A stretch of 61,552 nucleotides of DNA from a virus (IMGVR_UViG_3300029258_003188:1-61552); one strand, 5' to 3'. Numbered from the stretch's first letter, positions 1 through 10,062 are shown. A program made the numbers and translations. The notes: generated from the sequence alone by a model not told the origin.

Positions 1-40
1 GAATCATTGCTTGGTTGAAGATTCGCATAGACCTACTCCT

Positions 41-2380
41 TTATAGTTCACCCCAAGTTCTCCCAGTTGTTACTTTCACTGGTAGAGGGGTTAAGAATTT
101 ATAGTTAAAATACTTCTGAAACGACTTATCAACTGATTCGCATATTTCTTTTATTTTATTTGGAAATTCAGGCAATAGTTCTGTTTTGGCTTCGATTATA
201 ACTTGGTCATGCACAGTATTGATTAGATAAGCATCCACGTTGTTTTTAGACAACCACGTATGAATTTTGTTCAAAGCCATAAACAAAACAAACCCAGCCA
301 TGTTTTGTATAGGGAAATTAATAGCCTGTCTTAGTTGAGCCTCCGTGCCATCAGGGAGATGTCTGGTTGCTCCCAGAGGAGACTTGACTATTCCTCTAGC
401 TTTAGCATTACTAGTCACTGTCAATATATAAGCTTTTATACCAGGATAATTGGTAAACAAATTATCCTGCAGCTTCTGTATTTCCCTCATAGGTAATTCT
501 AGTGTGTTAGATAGTCCCCTGGCGCTGGACCCATAGATAGTTGCATAAAGAAACGTTTTAGTTTTAATTCGTAGATCGTCGCTGATAGTTTCTTTTGGAA
601 CTTTGAACAATAATGATCCAATTTCTGCGATGGGATCTTGTGCTGTTCTAAAGGCAGCTATAAGAGCTGCATCTTTAGCTACAGTTGCCAATACTCTGAG
701 TTCAACCTGGGAGTAATCTACAGATACTAGCACATAACCCGCCCGAGAAATAAAACCCTTTTTTATTACTTTATGCTCCCCCCTTTGGGGGATGTTCTGA
801 ATGTTAGGCTTAAAGCTGGATAGCCTATAAGTCTTAGCCACAGTCTGGGAGAAGTTTGGGTAAAGAATCCCGTTTTCTAGTTTATCTAGGATTCCATCGA
901 TGTATGTGTTTTTGTTTTTTGTGTACTCCCTAAGCTTTAATATCTCAACTACTAGAGGATCACCTCTTTTAATTTTAGACAGAACTTTTTTGTCTACGAC
1001 TGGTTTGTTGGTTTTCTTGCTTAATTTTTTAGGCTCCTTCTTCCCAGTAAATAATACTTTTCCTATATGATCATTCGAGTTTGGATTAAACTCTTTTCCA
1101 GTTTCCTTTTCAAATCTCTTAATCCTGTTAAATCGTCTTGATAAGCGTGACTTTATCTCTTCCAGAGCTGTGCTGTACTTATTTCCTAATGTCTCTAGAT
1201 ATTCTGTGTCTATGAGAGTCCCGCGTTGTTCCATTGCTAGAATACTAGGTAAGGTAGGCATGAATAAGTATTTGAATATCCTCAGCTTTTTTGATTCTTT
1301 CAGCATAGTTAGTTGCTTGGAAAAGACTCGTCTAGTTGCATCAACATCGCCCATTGCATATGGAGCTAAAATGTCTGGAGGGATAAGACTATAGTCATTT
1401 TCAATCTCAGGATGCTCAGCTTTATATGTCTTTAATTCCTTTTCATATCCTCCAAGCTCGGTAAAGTCAGCAGCTAAGCTATCTAGATCAACAGATGGTC
1501 TATTTTCATCTAGAAGATGTGCGGCTACCATAGTGTCAAACAATATAGGTTTTAAATTTATTCCATTCTCCCTTAGGAAGTGAATGTCAAATTTAATGTT
1601 TTGACCGATCTTAGGTATCGGACCTTCTAAGATTTCTTTTAAGTCATTAAGTTGTATTTTGTTGAGATCGAAGAAAAAAGCTTCTCCAGCTTTAGCACAA
1701 AAGGAAACGGAGATTATTTTATCTTTCCTGTGGTTACTCCCCGTTGTTTCTAAATCTACTACCAAATCTTTAGCTTGACCAAGATAATCTAAAACAGCCT
1801 TTAGATTTTTCTTGGTTACAATATGATACCTCAATTTTTCCTTTTTAGACTTCTGTACATAAGTAATAGCTTTCTCTACATCTATCCTAAAGAATCTTAG
1901 GTAATCTGCTCTTCCTCTTAGCCCAGCCGCAGGATGGTAAGTCACTAGCACAGGGATGTTATTCCATAAGTGATACTTTCCTCTGAGATTCTTCATAGCG
2001 CTTCTTCCAGTGAAGAATTTTGCTGCTGTAGCCCCTAAAGCAAGAATCAGTTTTGGCTCTACTTTCTTAATGTTAGAGAGAAGATAGTCAGAGCATACCT
2101 TCATTTCTTTAGCTACAGGTGGCCTATTCTTTCCTTCTGCATCAGTAGGCCGACAATGAACAACATTATCTATGAAGATCTTGTCTCTAGAATACCCAGT
2201 TTTTGCTAGGACTCTATCTAACTCTCGTCCTGATAGCCCAACAAACGGACGACCCTGGCTTTCTTCTTGAGTCCCTGGAGCTTCGCCACAGATCAGTAGA
2301 TCAGCTTTGTCTGGACCAGCTCCAGGAACTGCTGGGAAGTTGCGTTTGTCCCTTATAGGACAATCTTTTGTGCAGAACAT
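41..2380 (-). CDS. polA: Family-A DNA polymerase with N-terminal family-4 uracil-DNA glycosylase domain and 3'-5' exonuclease
   Basis: UDG motifs GEAPG..E..GRPFVG and TYHPAA plus Fe-S-type cysteines; exonuclease VDLETTG and NIKFD; polymerase motifs DYSQVELR (A), RIKTKTFLYATIYG (B), NTVHDQ (C). Confidence 0.95.
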   Translation of the reverse strand: MFCTKDCPIRDKRNFPAVPGAGPDKADLLICGEAPGTQEESQGRPFVGLSGRELDRVLAKTGYSRDKIFIDNVVHCRPTDAEGKNRPPVAKEMKVCSDYLLSNIKKVEPKLILALGATAAKFFTGRSAMKNLRGKYHLWNNIPVLVTYHPAAGLRGRADYLRFFRIDVEKAITYVQKSKKEKLRYHIVTKKNLKAVLDYLGQAKDLVVDLETTGSNHRKDKIISVSFCAKAGEAFFFDLNKIQLNDLKEILEGPIPKIGQNIKFDIHFLRENGINLKPILFDTMVAAHLLDENRPSVDLDSLAADFTELGGYEKELKTYKAEHPEIENDYSLIPPDILAPYAMGDVDATRRVFSKQLTMLKESKKLRIFKYLFMPTLPSILAMEQRGTLIDTEYLETLGNKYSTALEEIKSRLSRRFNRIKRFEKETGKEFNPNSNDHIGKVLFTGKKEPKKLSKKTNKPVVDKKVLSKIKRGDPLVVEILKLREYTKNKNTYIDGILDKLENGILYPNFSQTVAKTYRLSSFKPNIQNIPQRGEHKVIKKGFISRAGYVLVSVDYSQVELRVLATVAKDAALIAAFRTAQDPIAEIGSLLFKVPKETISDDLRIKTKTFLYATIYGSSARGLSNTLELPMREIQKLQDNLFTNYPGIKAYILTVTSNAKARGIVKSPLGATRHLPDGTEAQLRQAINFPIQNMAGFVLFMALNKIHTWLSKNNVDAYLINTVHDQVIIEAKTELLPEFPNKIKEICESVDKSFQKYFNYKFLTPLPVKVTTGRTWGEL

Positions 2381-2388
2381 ATTTTAGT

Positions 2389-2643
2389 TTAGCAATTAGT
2401 AATGACTAGAGATAAAATAATAGCCAGTGTCACGGCTGAGCTGTGAAAAGCCACTATATATTTAATCAATTGTTTCTTAACATGTTTATATTTTTTAGTT
2501 GCACTAACTTCTTTATCAAGTGCTTTTTGTAGCTCTTTACTTTTAGCAGCTAGCTTCTGTTCAAGTTTTACTTTAACGAAGTTAGTTTGATATAGAATAG
2601 TTAGCAACTTCTTTTGATCGGATGGTTCTAACTCTTTGTCCAT
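2389..2643 (-). CDS. Coiled-coil protein with C-terminal hydrophobic helix
   Basis: ORF packed between neighbours; C-terminal SAVTLAIILSLVI. Confidence 0.6.
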   Translation of the reverse strand: MDKELEPSDQKKLLTILYQTNFVKVKLEQKLAAKSKELQKALDKEVSATKKYKHVKKQLIKYIVAFHSSAVTLAIILSLVITNC

Positions 2644-2659
2644 CTAGATGAAGCTCCTG

Positions 2660-3328
2660 TTATATAGACGTATTAGTTTCTTTGGCAAATTTATTTACCT
2701 TATTCCACAGTCTTTCAGTCTCTCTCACATCTTTGCGGCAATGGTCAATGATGTATTTCATCGCGTCTTCATGTCCTTGCAAAGCTCTAAGCCAAATCAT
2801 CGGATCAAAGTGTGTTTTCTGAGTCTTGCCTAACAATACTCTACAAGCATTCTCTAAGCGATTGCTGTGTAGTTTAAACCTGTTCCTAATAATGTAATAA
2901 AGGTCACTGTGGTAAATTTGACCAATAGGAGGAAAGTCTATTCCCCAAACTAGTGCTCTGGTTCTAAGAAATTTTAAGTCGAATCTAGTTCCGTAGTAGC
3001 TTACAACCCGATCACACGAGGTGACAGCTTTAACAGCAGCCTCAACGTTTTTCTTGTCGATGCAATTAGGGTCATGAAGCTCCTTAGGGGTAGCTACCCT
3101 TTCAATTATCTTGTTTTGGCCTTTAATCTTCAGACACCAAGCTAAAATTACTCCGATATCTGCGTTAAGATCACTGCACTCGATATCAAAGAAACCAACG
3201 ACTGGCTGTGGTTGCTCTTTCAGATAACATGAATAATGCGACAAGTAGGGCATCCTATGTTTACAGTAATGAGTGCTCAACCAGTCGATTTCCTTCTTCT
3301 TTAGCTTAGTAATTGGTGGTGTTGGCAT
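2660..3328 (-). CDS. DEDD/RNase H-like 3'-5' exonuclease (YprB/RNase_H_2-like)
   Basis: FFDIEC, YYGTRFDLKFL, HSDLY and HCRKDV motifs. Confidence 0.85.
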   Translation of the reverse strand: MPTPPITKLKKKEIDWLSTHYCKHRMPYLSHYSCYLKEQPQPVVGFFDIECSDLNADIGVILAWCLKIKGQNKIIERVATPKELHDPNCIDKKNVEAAVKAVTSCDRVVSYYGTRFDLKFLRTRALVWGIDFPPIGQIYHSDLYYIIRNRFKLHSNRLENACRVLLGKTQKTHFDPMIWLRALQGHEDAMKYIIDHCRKDVRETERLWNKVNKFAKETNTSI

Positions 3329-3529
3329 AATACCTCTCTCTTCTTTACTTATAATTTAACCTTGTATTTTAGTACCTTAGAATCAAACTCAAAGACCAAG
3401 GATTTTTTTAGCTTTATAAATGCTTGATTATACTTTAAAATAAAATTTGTCTTGTTAGTTGCTATTGATTGTCCTCTAGCTTTTGGATAATAATTATCCA
3501 TTCGTTATTTTTGTTCGAAAGGAGATTTA

Positions 3530-3877
3530 TTGATGACAAAGCTTCCTGAGTGGAACGGTAAAGTTAAACACGTTAATGAGAAAAACTTCTCTGAGGAAGT
3601 GTTGAAAGAAAGGCGGCCAGTCTTGGTAGATTTCTGGTCGCCTTCCTGTGTACCGTGTAGAGTTATGATACCATCTGTAGAAAGCATCGTTGATAAGTAT
3701 AATGGTAAAGTTAAAGTTGTGTCAATAAATGTAGAGGACAGCCCTAGGTTAGCTTCGCGTCTTGGTATACAATCCCTGCCTAACATTCTGTTATTTTCTA
3801 ACGGAGAAGTACAGGGGCAGTTAATTGGCAGAGTATCCACTACTAAATTAGAGGGTGCTTTGTCACCATTACTATAA
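3530..3877 (+). CDS. trxA: Thioredoxin
   Basis: VLVDFWSPSCVPC active site, cis-Pro motif IQSLP; GGAG RBS. Confidence 0.9.
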   Translation: MMTKLPEWNGKVKHVNEKNFSEEVLKERRPVLVDFWSPSCVPCRVMIPSVESIVDKYNGKVKVVSINVEDSPRLASRLGIQSLPNILLFSNGEVQGQLIGRVSTTKLEGALSPLL

Positions 3878-4714
3878 ATTGCGATAATTACCGAAGTCAG
3901 TAATTATTTTTTGTTTATCTTCGTTACTGAGTTTAATACCAGATAAGCTATTATGAAGATCTATCTTCATGCATTCAGTGATGATTTCAGGATTACAGTA
4001 AGTACAGCTCCATTCTCTTGTAGTTACACTCGTATAGATATCTTCTTCGGCTTGTTTATAGTATGACATCTTAGTTTTCAATAGTTCTATCCTGTCATCA
4101 CTAGGCCATATTTCACAATTAACTTTTCTAGCATCAGTCATATCAAAGTAGACTACCTGTCCATTTTCAACTGGCAGTTTGTTTCGCTCTAGTAGAACAG
4201 AATAAATGTTTATCTGTTCTTGGTGGTGTTTATAAGGGTATTTCCAGTTAGGTATCTTTTTTACTGATTTGTAATCTCTGATTAACTTTTTTGATCTTAT
4301 ATATTCGTCGACTGTCCCAGTAAGGACATTACCGTCTATTTTGATTTGCAAAGTTAGCTCAGAATCAGTTTGAGGAGAATCTTTAAGTGCATCTTCAATG
4401 TCTTTAGACTTCTTAGCACTCTTTGTAGCTCTCTCTAGCATAAGGTGGATCATCTTCCCCCTAAGCAAATGCCATAGATTAACTGGATCAACAGTATAAT
4501 CTACCCTCTTTTTTAGAAGGGCTTGCCTAGGACAAGACAATAAATCACTAACATGGATACCCTCTCTATTTTCCTGTGAGAACATAGCTAAAAGAACAGC
4601 TTGAGTAAACTGACAAGGAGGGTCGCCTGTCATCGCACATTTTAGACAGCTAGAAATAGTTTGGATATGTTCCTTACCCTTTTTAACCGGGCATCTTACT
4701 CCTACTACAGGCAT
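3872..4714 (-). CDS. Cas4-like PD-(D/E)XK nuclease
   Basis: HVSDLLSCPR, GTVD..IRDYKS, QINIY and C-terminal CTYC..C; start moved to MPVVG at 4714 (AAAGGG RBS). Confidence 0.85.
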   Translation of the reverse strand: MPVVGVRCPVKKGKEHIQTISSCLKCAMTGDPPCQFTQAVLLAMFSQENREGIHVSDLLSCPRQALLKKRVDYTVDPVNLWHLLRGKMIHLMLERATKSAKKSKDIEDALKDSPQTDSELTLQIKIDGNVLTGTVDEYIRSKKLIRDYKSVKKIPNWKYPYKHHQEQINIYSVLLERNKLPVENGQVVYFDMTDARKVNCEIWPSDDRIELLKTKMSYYKQAEEDIYTSVTTREWSCTYCNPEIITECMKIDLHNSLSGIKLSNEDKQKIITDFGNYRNL

Positions 4715-4791
4715 TTTATACCCTTTCTTTTTATTTAAACTTATGTGGTATAAGATCAACGTCAAGTCTTTTAACATAGAAAGGAGTCAAC

Positions 4792-4965
4792 GTGGATCTA
4801 AAGAAGCTTGATCGAGTAGTGTCAGCGTCTACTACTATTTTGCATGAATTGGCGAACTTTGCTGACAAGATTTCACCAGCCATTCATGAACTCGTCAAAG
4901 AAACTGAGAATGAGCAAGAAACAGACGAAACTGAGCCAGAGGATCCTGCCCCTGAGATTTCTTAG
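4792..4965 (+). CDS. Small acidic protein (57 aa), not in the ORF track
   Basis: AAAGGAG RBS, GTG start, upstream TGGTATAAG motif at 4746. Confidence 0.6.
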   Translation: MDLKKLDRVVSASTTILHELANFADKISPAIHELVKETENEQETDETEPEDPAPEIS

Positions 4966-5099
4966 TTCTTCGTAAGTATTCATTAAAAAAAGTATTTAAA
5001 TTGATAGTTGAACCCTACCCTATTACAATTATCTAAACTCGTTATGATACTTTTTTTTGACTTGAAATTACTTCTTCCCTCATTTATCATTGTAAATGA

Positions 5100-5351
5100 A
5101 TGGGGTGTAGCATGTCAAGTCATGAAAAAAAATCTAGAGTTTCATCCGAAAAACGGTGGACCCTAGATAAATTAGCTTATTTTTTTATTCTAAGCGATGA
5201 AGAATTTTCGGAGAAATTTGGTGTGTCTGTAATCGCCGCCGAACGAGCTCGTCGGCGGGCTGGTATTAATAAAGTGAGGGGGGTCCTCCCCAACGAAGAG
5301 GAGAACCCCCCGAGATTGTGCAGTGAGGACATGCTATACTATTACGATTAG
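5100..5351 (+). CDS. Hypothetical protein, possible helix-turn-helix
   Basis: SDEEFSEKFGVSVIAAERARRR resembles an HTH. Confidence 0.45.
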   Translation: MGCSMSSHEKKSRVSSEKRWTLDKLAYFFILSDEEFSEKFGVSVIAAERARRRAGINKVRGVLPNEEENPPRLCSEDMLYYYD

Positions 5352-5545
5352 CCTTTCTCTGCAGCAGGAGGCACAGCATGCCCGCAAGTATCGGAATCCC
5401 AGCGGACATAACCTCCACGATATTCGGGGAACAGACTGGAAATGCGCAACATCACCTGAGACTCAGTCTCACCAGCATTCATCTCGACAGGAATTTCAAC
5501 GTTCTCTGCTCCACGAGCGGTTAAAACATAAACGGTTCTGACCAT
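5348..5545 (-). CDS. Ubiquitin-like protein (Prok_Ub / PRTRC protein C-like)
   Basis: 65 aa ending in ...AAEKG; internal FPEY matches the YPEL pattern of PRTRC-C; last gene of an E2-JAB-E1 operon; AAGGAGG RBS. Confidence 0.7.
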   Translation of the reverse strand: MVRTVYVLTARGAENVEIPVEMNAGETESQVMLRISSLFPEYRGGYVRWDSDTCGHAVPPAAEKG

Positions 5546-5567
5546 CTACATATCCTCCTTTGGATTT

Positions 5568-5672
5568 TTACTTGTCCTCTTTCTCTGTCTTTGTGTTTTC
5601 TAGTGCACTTATTACTTGAATTGTTGCGTGAATTAGCGCCCCCACCACACTTAGTAATCTCAATACAGACAC
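5568..5672 (-). CDS. 34-aa peptide inside the Ubl operon
   Basis: AAGGAG RBS then GTG; (M)SVLRLLSVVGALIHATIQVISALENTKTEKEDK. Confidence 0.45.
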   Translation of the reverse strand: MSVLRLLSVVGALIHATIQVISALENTKTEKEDK

Positions 5673-5699
5673 AATATCTCCTTGCTTTTATAGCTGGTA

Positions 5700-6944
5700 C
5701 TACTTAGTTCGTGTTGCCAGTTTTGATTCTGTAAGTTTTGACGTAAAACATACGTTTCCAGGTAGCCATGTCACTTCTGCTTTGTCGATTATCCTAGTTA
5801 ACGTCTGTAGATAAAGGACATAACTTGACAAGGCTGCCTTTATGGTTTCATTCAAAGTGCCAGTCAGTTTATCATCTTCCTCGCCGTTGTCGTACCCTTC
5901 TATAGGTCTATTTGTCAAGCTCCCACAGGTGAATGGTTCTACATTCCTAAAAGTGCTGAATATTCTAGCTTTATTTGGGCCTGATCTTATTACATATTGA
6001 TTAAGATGGGTATGACCCACTACTTGGTGGAGATTAAACTTAATACATTGGTCATTGAAAAGTGAAATATATGGTTTTACAACACAACCACTATGCTCTG
6101 TGAATGATGAAACTAGCTCTATAAGATTATAGATATTAGGATATAAGTTTCGCTTATTTCTTTGGCTAATCTTAGGGAGTAAGTACAACAACGAAAATTT
6201 GAACGGAGATAACTCTGACAGAAGCCACTTGAATATCCAGCTGCCGCTCTCGTCAATATTTACTGAGGCATTAAATGCAACGTTAGCACTAGGCATAACA
6301 TGCTGTATCTCCGGCTCATGAGTTTGAAAACCGGTATTACTTATACCATCTTTTTGATTGTATACTAGAAATGGTTTCTCTATTTCTTCACCTTCTAGTT
6401 TAGCGTTCATCAAGATGAAAGCCATAGCCCCAGCAATTATGTTTTGACTTGGAGAGCTAAATTGAATGCAGGTTAGACCACTATCTTTATCTCCACGCAT
6501 GAATATGTCTTCGCTTGGTCGCTGAGTTTTAGTATTTATAGAGGCATAGGCTCTGCCTATCTCAACACCGCAGTCCACCCACCAATGCCACTTACTTTCC
6601 GCGATCTCTTGTCTGGACTCTTTGTTGTCGACAGCTGATATAACGATGTCTGACTCACGAGGCTTATACCTTGAGATCTCATATTTGAACGGAATTTTGG
6701 GGGATGTGGCCTTATTATAGTAGTCACTTATAACTTTTGCTTTATGTTCTCTCAGCTTTAGGAAGGGTAGGTTTTGGTTAATTGTGTTTTTCTTTTCGAT
6801 GATGTCATCATCCCAGATTGTTATTTGTAAAGGCTTCTTTTCAGCAGCCCTTGCTAACATTGGCATTATCCAACTTCCGTTACCCCCAGCACCTACGAGA
6901 TCGACTGATATAATACTATTAGCTTCCGGTTTCTTGGAACTCAT
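5700..6944 (-). CDS. ThiF/E1-like activating enzyme with C-terminal extension
   Basis: VDLVGAGGNGSW nucleotide-binding loop, WDDDIIEKKN..Q, KA, VISAVDN..SR, WWVDCG. Confidence 0.9.
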   Translation of the reverse strand: MSSKKPEANSIISVDLVGAGGNGSWIMPMLARAAEKKPLQITIWDDDIIEKKNTINQNLPFLKLREHKAKVISDYYNKATSPKIPFKYEISRYKPRESDIVISAVDNKESRQEIAESKWHWWVDCGVEIGRAYASINTKTQRPSEDIFMRGDKDSGLTCIQFSSPSQNIIAGAMAFILMNAKLEGEEIEKPFLVYNQKDGISNTGFQTHEPEIQHVMPSANVAFNASVNIDESGSWIFKWLLSELSPFKFSLLYLLPKISQRNKRNLYPNIYNLIELVSSFTEHSGCVVKPYISLFNDQCIKFNLHQVVGHTHLNQYVIRSGPNKARIFSTFRNVEPFTCGSLTNRPIEGYDNGEEDDKLTGTLNETIKAALSSYVLYLQTLTRIIDKAEVTWLPGNVCFTSKLTESKLATRTK

Positions 6945-7932
6945 CTTTCCTCCACTTTTCTAGTATATGTTCGATGTCGGTAACTTTAGAATCCGGATCT
7001 GTTGATGTCATGATTTCATTCACTAGCTCTTCAGCTAGCAATATCATGCTTGATTCTAAGCTATCTCCGACATAACCACCAAGCTCATTACTCAAATCAG
7101 CTAAAGTTTTTTGAGCTGTGTCATCGAACACGTCATCGTCTTTTATTTTTTTTTTTTTAGGAAGCCCGCACTTGTCTTTAGACTTAGATTTAAGGCTAGG
7201 GAACCCTCCCCCAAAGTAACTACCGAAGCTGTCTAAGTCCTCGCTCTTAAACCAATCATATGCGCCTGACCACGATCCAGTTTTAGAGGCTACTTCTACT
7301 TTATTCATCCATTCGCTTGGAAAGCTCCTCTCAAACACATCATATAAAGGAATCTTTACCGTTTCTCCTCTGTTAGCTGCCCGCAGAAAGATGTTGCTTT
7401 CTAGATTGCCAATTATCCCAAAAAGTCCGAAACTTCCACTTTCGTCGGTGTCATCTATTCCACTTGGGCTAGGGTCACTAGACCAAGGATGGGAATGGAA
7501 TTCAACAACAGGAATATCCTCTGGATAATCTACTACATACTCCCTGTCCCAAGAAGCTCTCGTCCCAGCTACGTCCAGATTTGGAACGTGTACCCAATAC
7601 TTCTCGTCTTTGATGTTGTACATGATTACCGCTCCAGCTTCTGTACCATGTTCAATATAAACTTCATGGAAGAATGACATTATTTGGATGAGGAGTTCAA
7701 TCGGTATCTTTTTGGTGGTTGTCACCCCACTTTTTAGCTCTTCTCCAGCTTCAGGGATATCTTTGGTAGGAAGTGTAATAATCATCGGGCCTTTCGGTCT
7801 AACCTCAACAAACCCGCCTTTAGTGATTACCAAATTCCTAATTGCGTTTGGGTCTATATCGTCTAACCGCTTACAAATGTTAACGATTTTTTGCGTCGGT
7901 ACATTCTTATCTTTGTTTTTGTCTTCGCCCAT
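6919..7932 (-). CDS. JAB/MPN metalloprotease (Prok-JAB, PRTRC protein A-like)
   Basis: TEAG plus EFHSHP..SPSGIDDTDE JAMM motif. Confidence 0.92.
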   Translation of the reverse strand: MGEDKNKDKNVPTQKIVNICKRLDDIDPNAIRNLVITKGGFVEVRPKGPMIITLPTKDIPEAGEELKSGVTTTKKIPIELLIQIMSFFHEVYIEHGTEAGAVIMYNIKDEKYWVHVPNLDVAGTRASWDREYVVDYPEDIPVVEFHSHPWSSDPSPSGIDDTDESGSFGLFGIIGNLESNIFLRAANRGETVKIPLYDVFERSFPSEWMNKVEVASKTGSWSGAYDWFKSEDLDSFGSYFGGGFPSLKSKSKDKCGLPKKKKIKDDDVFDDTAQKTLADLSNELGGYVGDSLESSMILLAEELVNEIMTSTDPDSKVTDIEHILEKWRKDEFQETGS

Positions 7933-7948
7933 TTATTTTTTTCTCCTT

Positions 7949-8530
7949 TTATCTTTCATTATACGCTTCGACTAAAGCTCTAATTGTAGTTCTAGACGCA
8001 TCGTGATTTTCTAGCTTCCTTAAATCAGTATCAGGAAAATAACCCGTAAAAGGTCTGCGTTTGAACTCCTCAAATATTTCATTTGGTTTATTTGGGAGAG
8101 GATCATCCCCAAAACAGATGGTAAATGCGCCAACCCAATTCGGTCCTGCTAGTGCAAACAAAGTTGTGTCTAGAGATAATGAGCTAATTTCTTCCTTAGC
8201 TATACCTCCCATTCGCACAAAGTTATCAGCTCCGTTAGACACCCAGACTGTGTCTGGGAGGGTTAAGGGGACGCGTATACTTTCACAAAGTACGTCGACA
8301 GTTTGCTCAGGAATCAAAGAGATATAACCTACGTTGTTTCTACCAGGAAAAATTCCAACGACGATAGGATCCAAGATCTCAGCTTCTCCCTTAACTTTTT
8401 CAGGGAACAGTTCAAGGAGGTTTTTGTTTTCTACAGGCCAAAATTTGACCTTTCCATCGACTGCTTTATAGATAATGGAATGATTCTCTCCGAATCTAAC
8501 TAAAGTTTCTGGTCCAATCGTTATATTCAT
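7949..8530 (-). CDS. Prokaryotic E2-like protein (Prok-E2 family D / PRTRC protein B-like)
   Basis: LPDTVW...TTLFALAGPNW...TICFGD resembles the PN..G.IC.G catalytic region; lies beside JAB and E1 genes. Confidence 0.7.
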   Translation of the reverse strand: MNITIGPETLVRFGENHSIIYKAVDGKVKFWPVENKNLLELFPEKVKGEAEILDPIVVGIFPGRNNVGYISLIPEQTVDVLCESIRVPLTLPDTVWVSNGADNFVRMGGIAKEEISSLSLDTTLFALAGPNWVGAFTICFGDDPLPNKPNEIFEEFKRRPFTGYFPDTDLRKLENHDASRTTIRALVEAYNER

Positions 8531-9090
8531 TTTGTATTCTCCCTTGTATTTTTCATCTCGGTTTTGATGCTGCTTACCAAGTTTTGATAAGAATCTCTAA
8601 ATGGGTAGAAGTTAACATTAATCGTCTTTTCTCCTCTAACTTCTATTTTTATTTTTTCTGGGATAACGGTGATGCCCTGGCCTGATTTAGAATCTTCAGC
8701 TTGAGGCACACGGAGAATGTTCAATTTTTCTCTGGCTCTACGCTTGTAACCTAGGCAAAAAGTGTAAGCCGGGAAATCTTGGACAAGTTTTTGATACAAT
8801 GCAGACTTAACATTGAGAATTCTCCTGTCTACTGTGCACCCACTTTCTATATCTGTTCCTATAAGCTCACAGACAAACCCATTAGTATAGGCTTTTTGTA
8901 AGATGTCGTCTATGCATGTTGATGTTTTTAAGATAAGGGCGAGATTTCTATAATCATTTCCGGATTGATTACTAACCCCTATTTCCGAAGCTGTAGGAGA
9001 GATAATCGCCTTTGATACTAGTGCAGGGGGACCATCTTTGGTTACGTATGTAGGCTCATAGGTCAAGACTGGGATTTCTCCTGTGATCAT
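8527..9090 (-). CDS. Hypothetical protein between RT and E2
   Basis: AAGGAG RBS; overlaps the E2 start. Confidence 0.7.
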   Translation of the reverse strand: MITGEIPVLTYEPTYVTKDGPPALVSKAIISPTASEIGVSNQSGNDYRNLALILKTSTCIDDILQKAYTNGFVCELIGTDIESGCTVDRRILNVKSALYQKLVQDFPAYTFCLGYKRRAREKLNILRVPQAEDSKSGQGITVIPEKIKIEVRGEKTINVNFYPFRDSYQNLVSSIKTEMKNTRENTK

Positions 9091-9103
9091 TATTTTTGTC
9101 TCC

Positions 9104-10033
9104 TTATTGTGCTATTTTATCCAGGAATTTATTTGTGCCTTTGCTAAGGCGTAGGCGGTTATGGTGTGCGGCTCCCAACTTACCGTTTGAACTTTCATAC
9201 GTCAGTTTGTCAGAGATTGAATTTGCCCATGCAATAAGGCCGTCTTTGGTTGCTTCATCGCATTCGTTAATGTGGTTCAAAATTTCAGCCCTGCGCCACC
9301 TTGGTATGGAAACGTCGATTGCATCGTCATTAAAGGAGCAGACTAGTCCCATTACCTTGAGATGTGATCTTACGTTTATTTTCCTGGTTTTTTTCTTGTT
9401 GATAGCATACCCATAATCATTCATGATATAGTTGATTAGAGGCACACTCTCCCTAAAGTTATCTTCGTTATTGAACAAAATAAAATAATCATCAGCATAT
9501 CTTTCTAGCCTCAAAACTTTGTCACACAAACCGTGGACAAGCCTCCGGTCTAGATGCTCAGAGGCTAGTGAGCTGATAACCGGAGAGCTTGGAGATCCGG
9601 TAGGAAGACGACCATTATAGAAACAAATCTTGATTAGTTTATCAACCAGCTCCTCATCAAATCGTCTAATCAACATCTCCTTCTTAAACATATCTGAGGT
9701 TGTATTTTGGAAAAAGTCTTTGATGTCTACTCGGTAGAATACTGGGTTTTCTGGGAATGAATCATTAGTTTGATTAATACCATTCATAATAGAAAAGACA
9801 GCATCCAGATAGCATCTACCTTTGGAAAAAGCTTTATTCAACGTGGGGGTATAAACTTTAGTCAAATACTTAGAGATAATCTTTTGGACAGTGGCTAACC
9901 CTTCATTAGGAATTTCAAGCTTCCTAATCTTACCGTTGGATTGCTTAAACTTAGATATTCTATAGGAAATAAAGGTAGGCGGTATTTCCCAGTTTAGAAT
10001 CTCTGTGAACTTTTTCGGGACTTTTTTGCTCAT
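9104..10033 (-). CDS. Reverse transcriptase, retron-like
   Basis: GKIRKLEIP, AFSKGR, VDIKDFF, LPTGSPSSP, RYADD, INKKKT, KVMGL (VTG-like) and GLIAWANSI; about 310 aa, no maturase or endonuclease domain; NAxxH motif degenerate. Confidence 0.9.
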   Translation of the reverse strand: MSKKVPKKFTEILNWEIPPTFISYRISKFKQSNGKIRKLEIPNEGLATVQKIISKYLTKVYTPTLNKAFSKGRCYLDAVFSIMNGINQTNDSFPENPVFYRVDIKDFFQNTTSDMFKKEMLIRRFDEELVDKLIKICFYNGRLPTGSPSSPVISSLASEHLDRRLVHGLCDKVLRLERYADDYFILFNNEDNFRESVPLINYIMNDYGYAINKKKTRKINVRSHLKVMGLVCSFNDDAIDVSIPRWRRAEILNHINECDEATKDGLIAWANSISDKLTYESSNGKLGAAHHNRLRLSKGTNKFLDKIAQ

Positions 10034-10062
10034 TTTGTGTCTATTCCTCCTTTCATGAAACT

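Noticed and set aside
3505-3840. Antisense ORFs overlapping identified genes (also those inside the RNAP, terminase, JAB and helicase genes)
   Set aside because: Fully nested antisense to well-supported genes, with no motifs or RBS.
9104-10033. Group II intron or DGR reverse transcriptase
   Set aside because: No maturase/endonuclease domain or flanking intron RNA, no avd or TR; the motifs fit retron-type RTs better.
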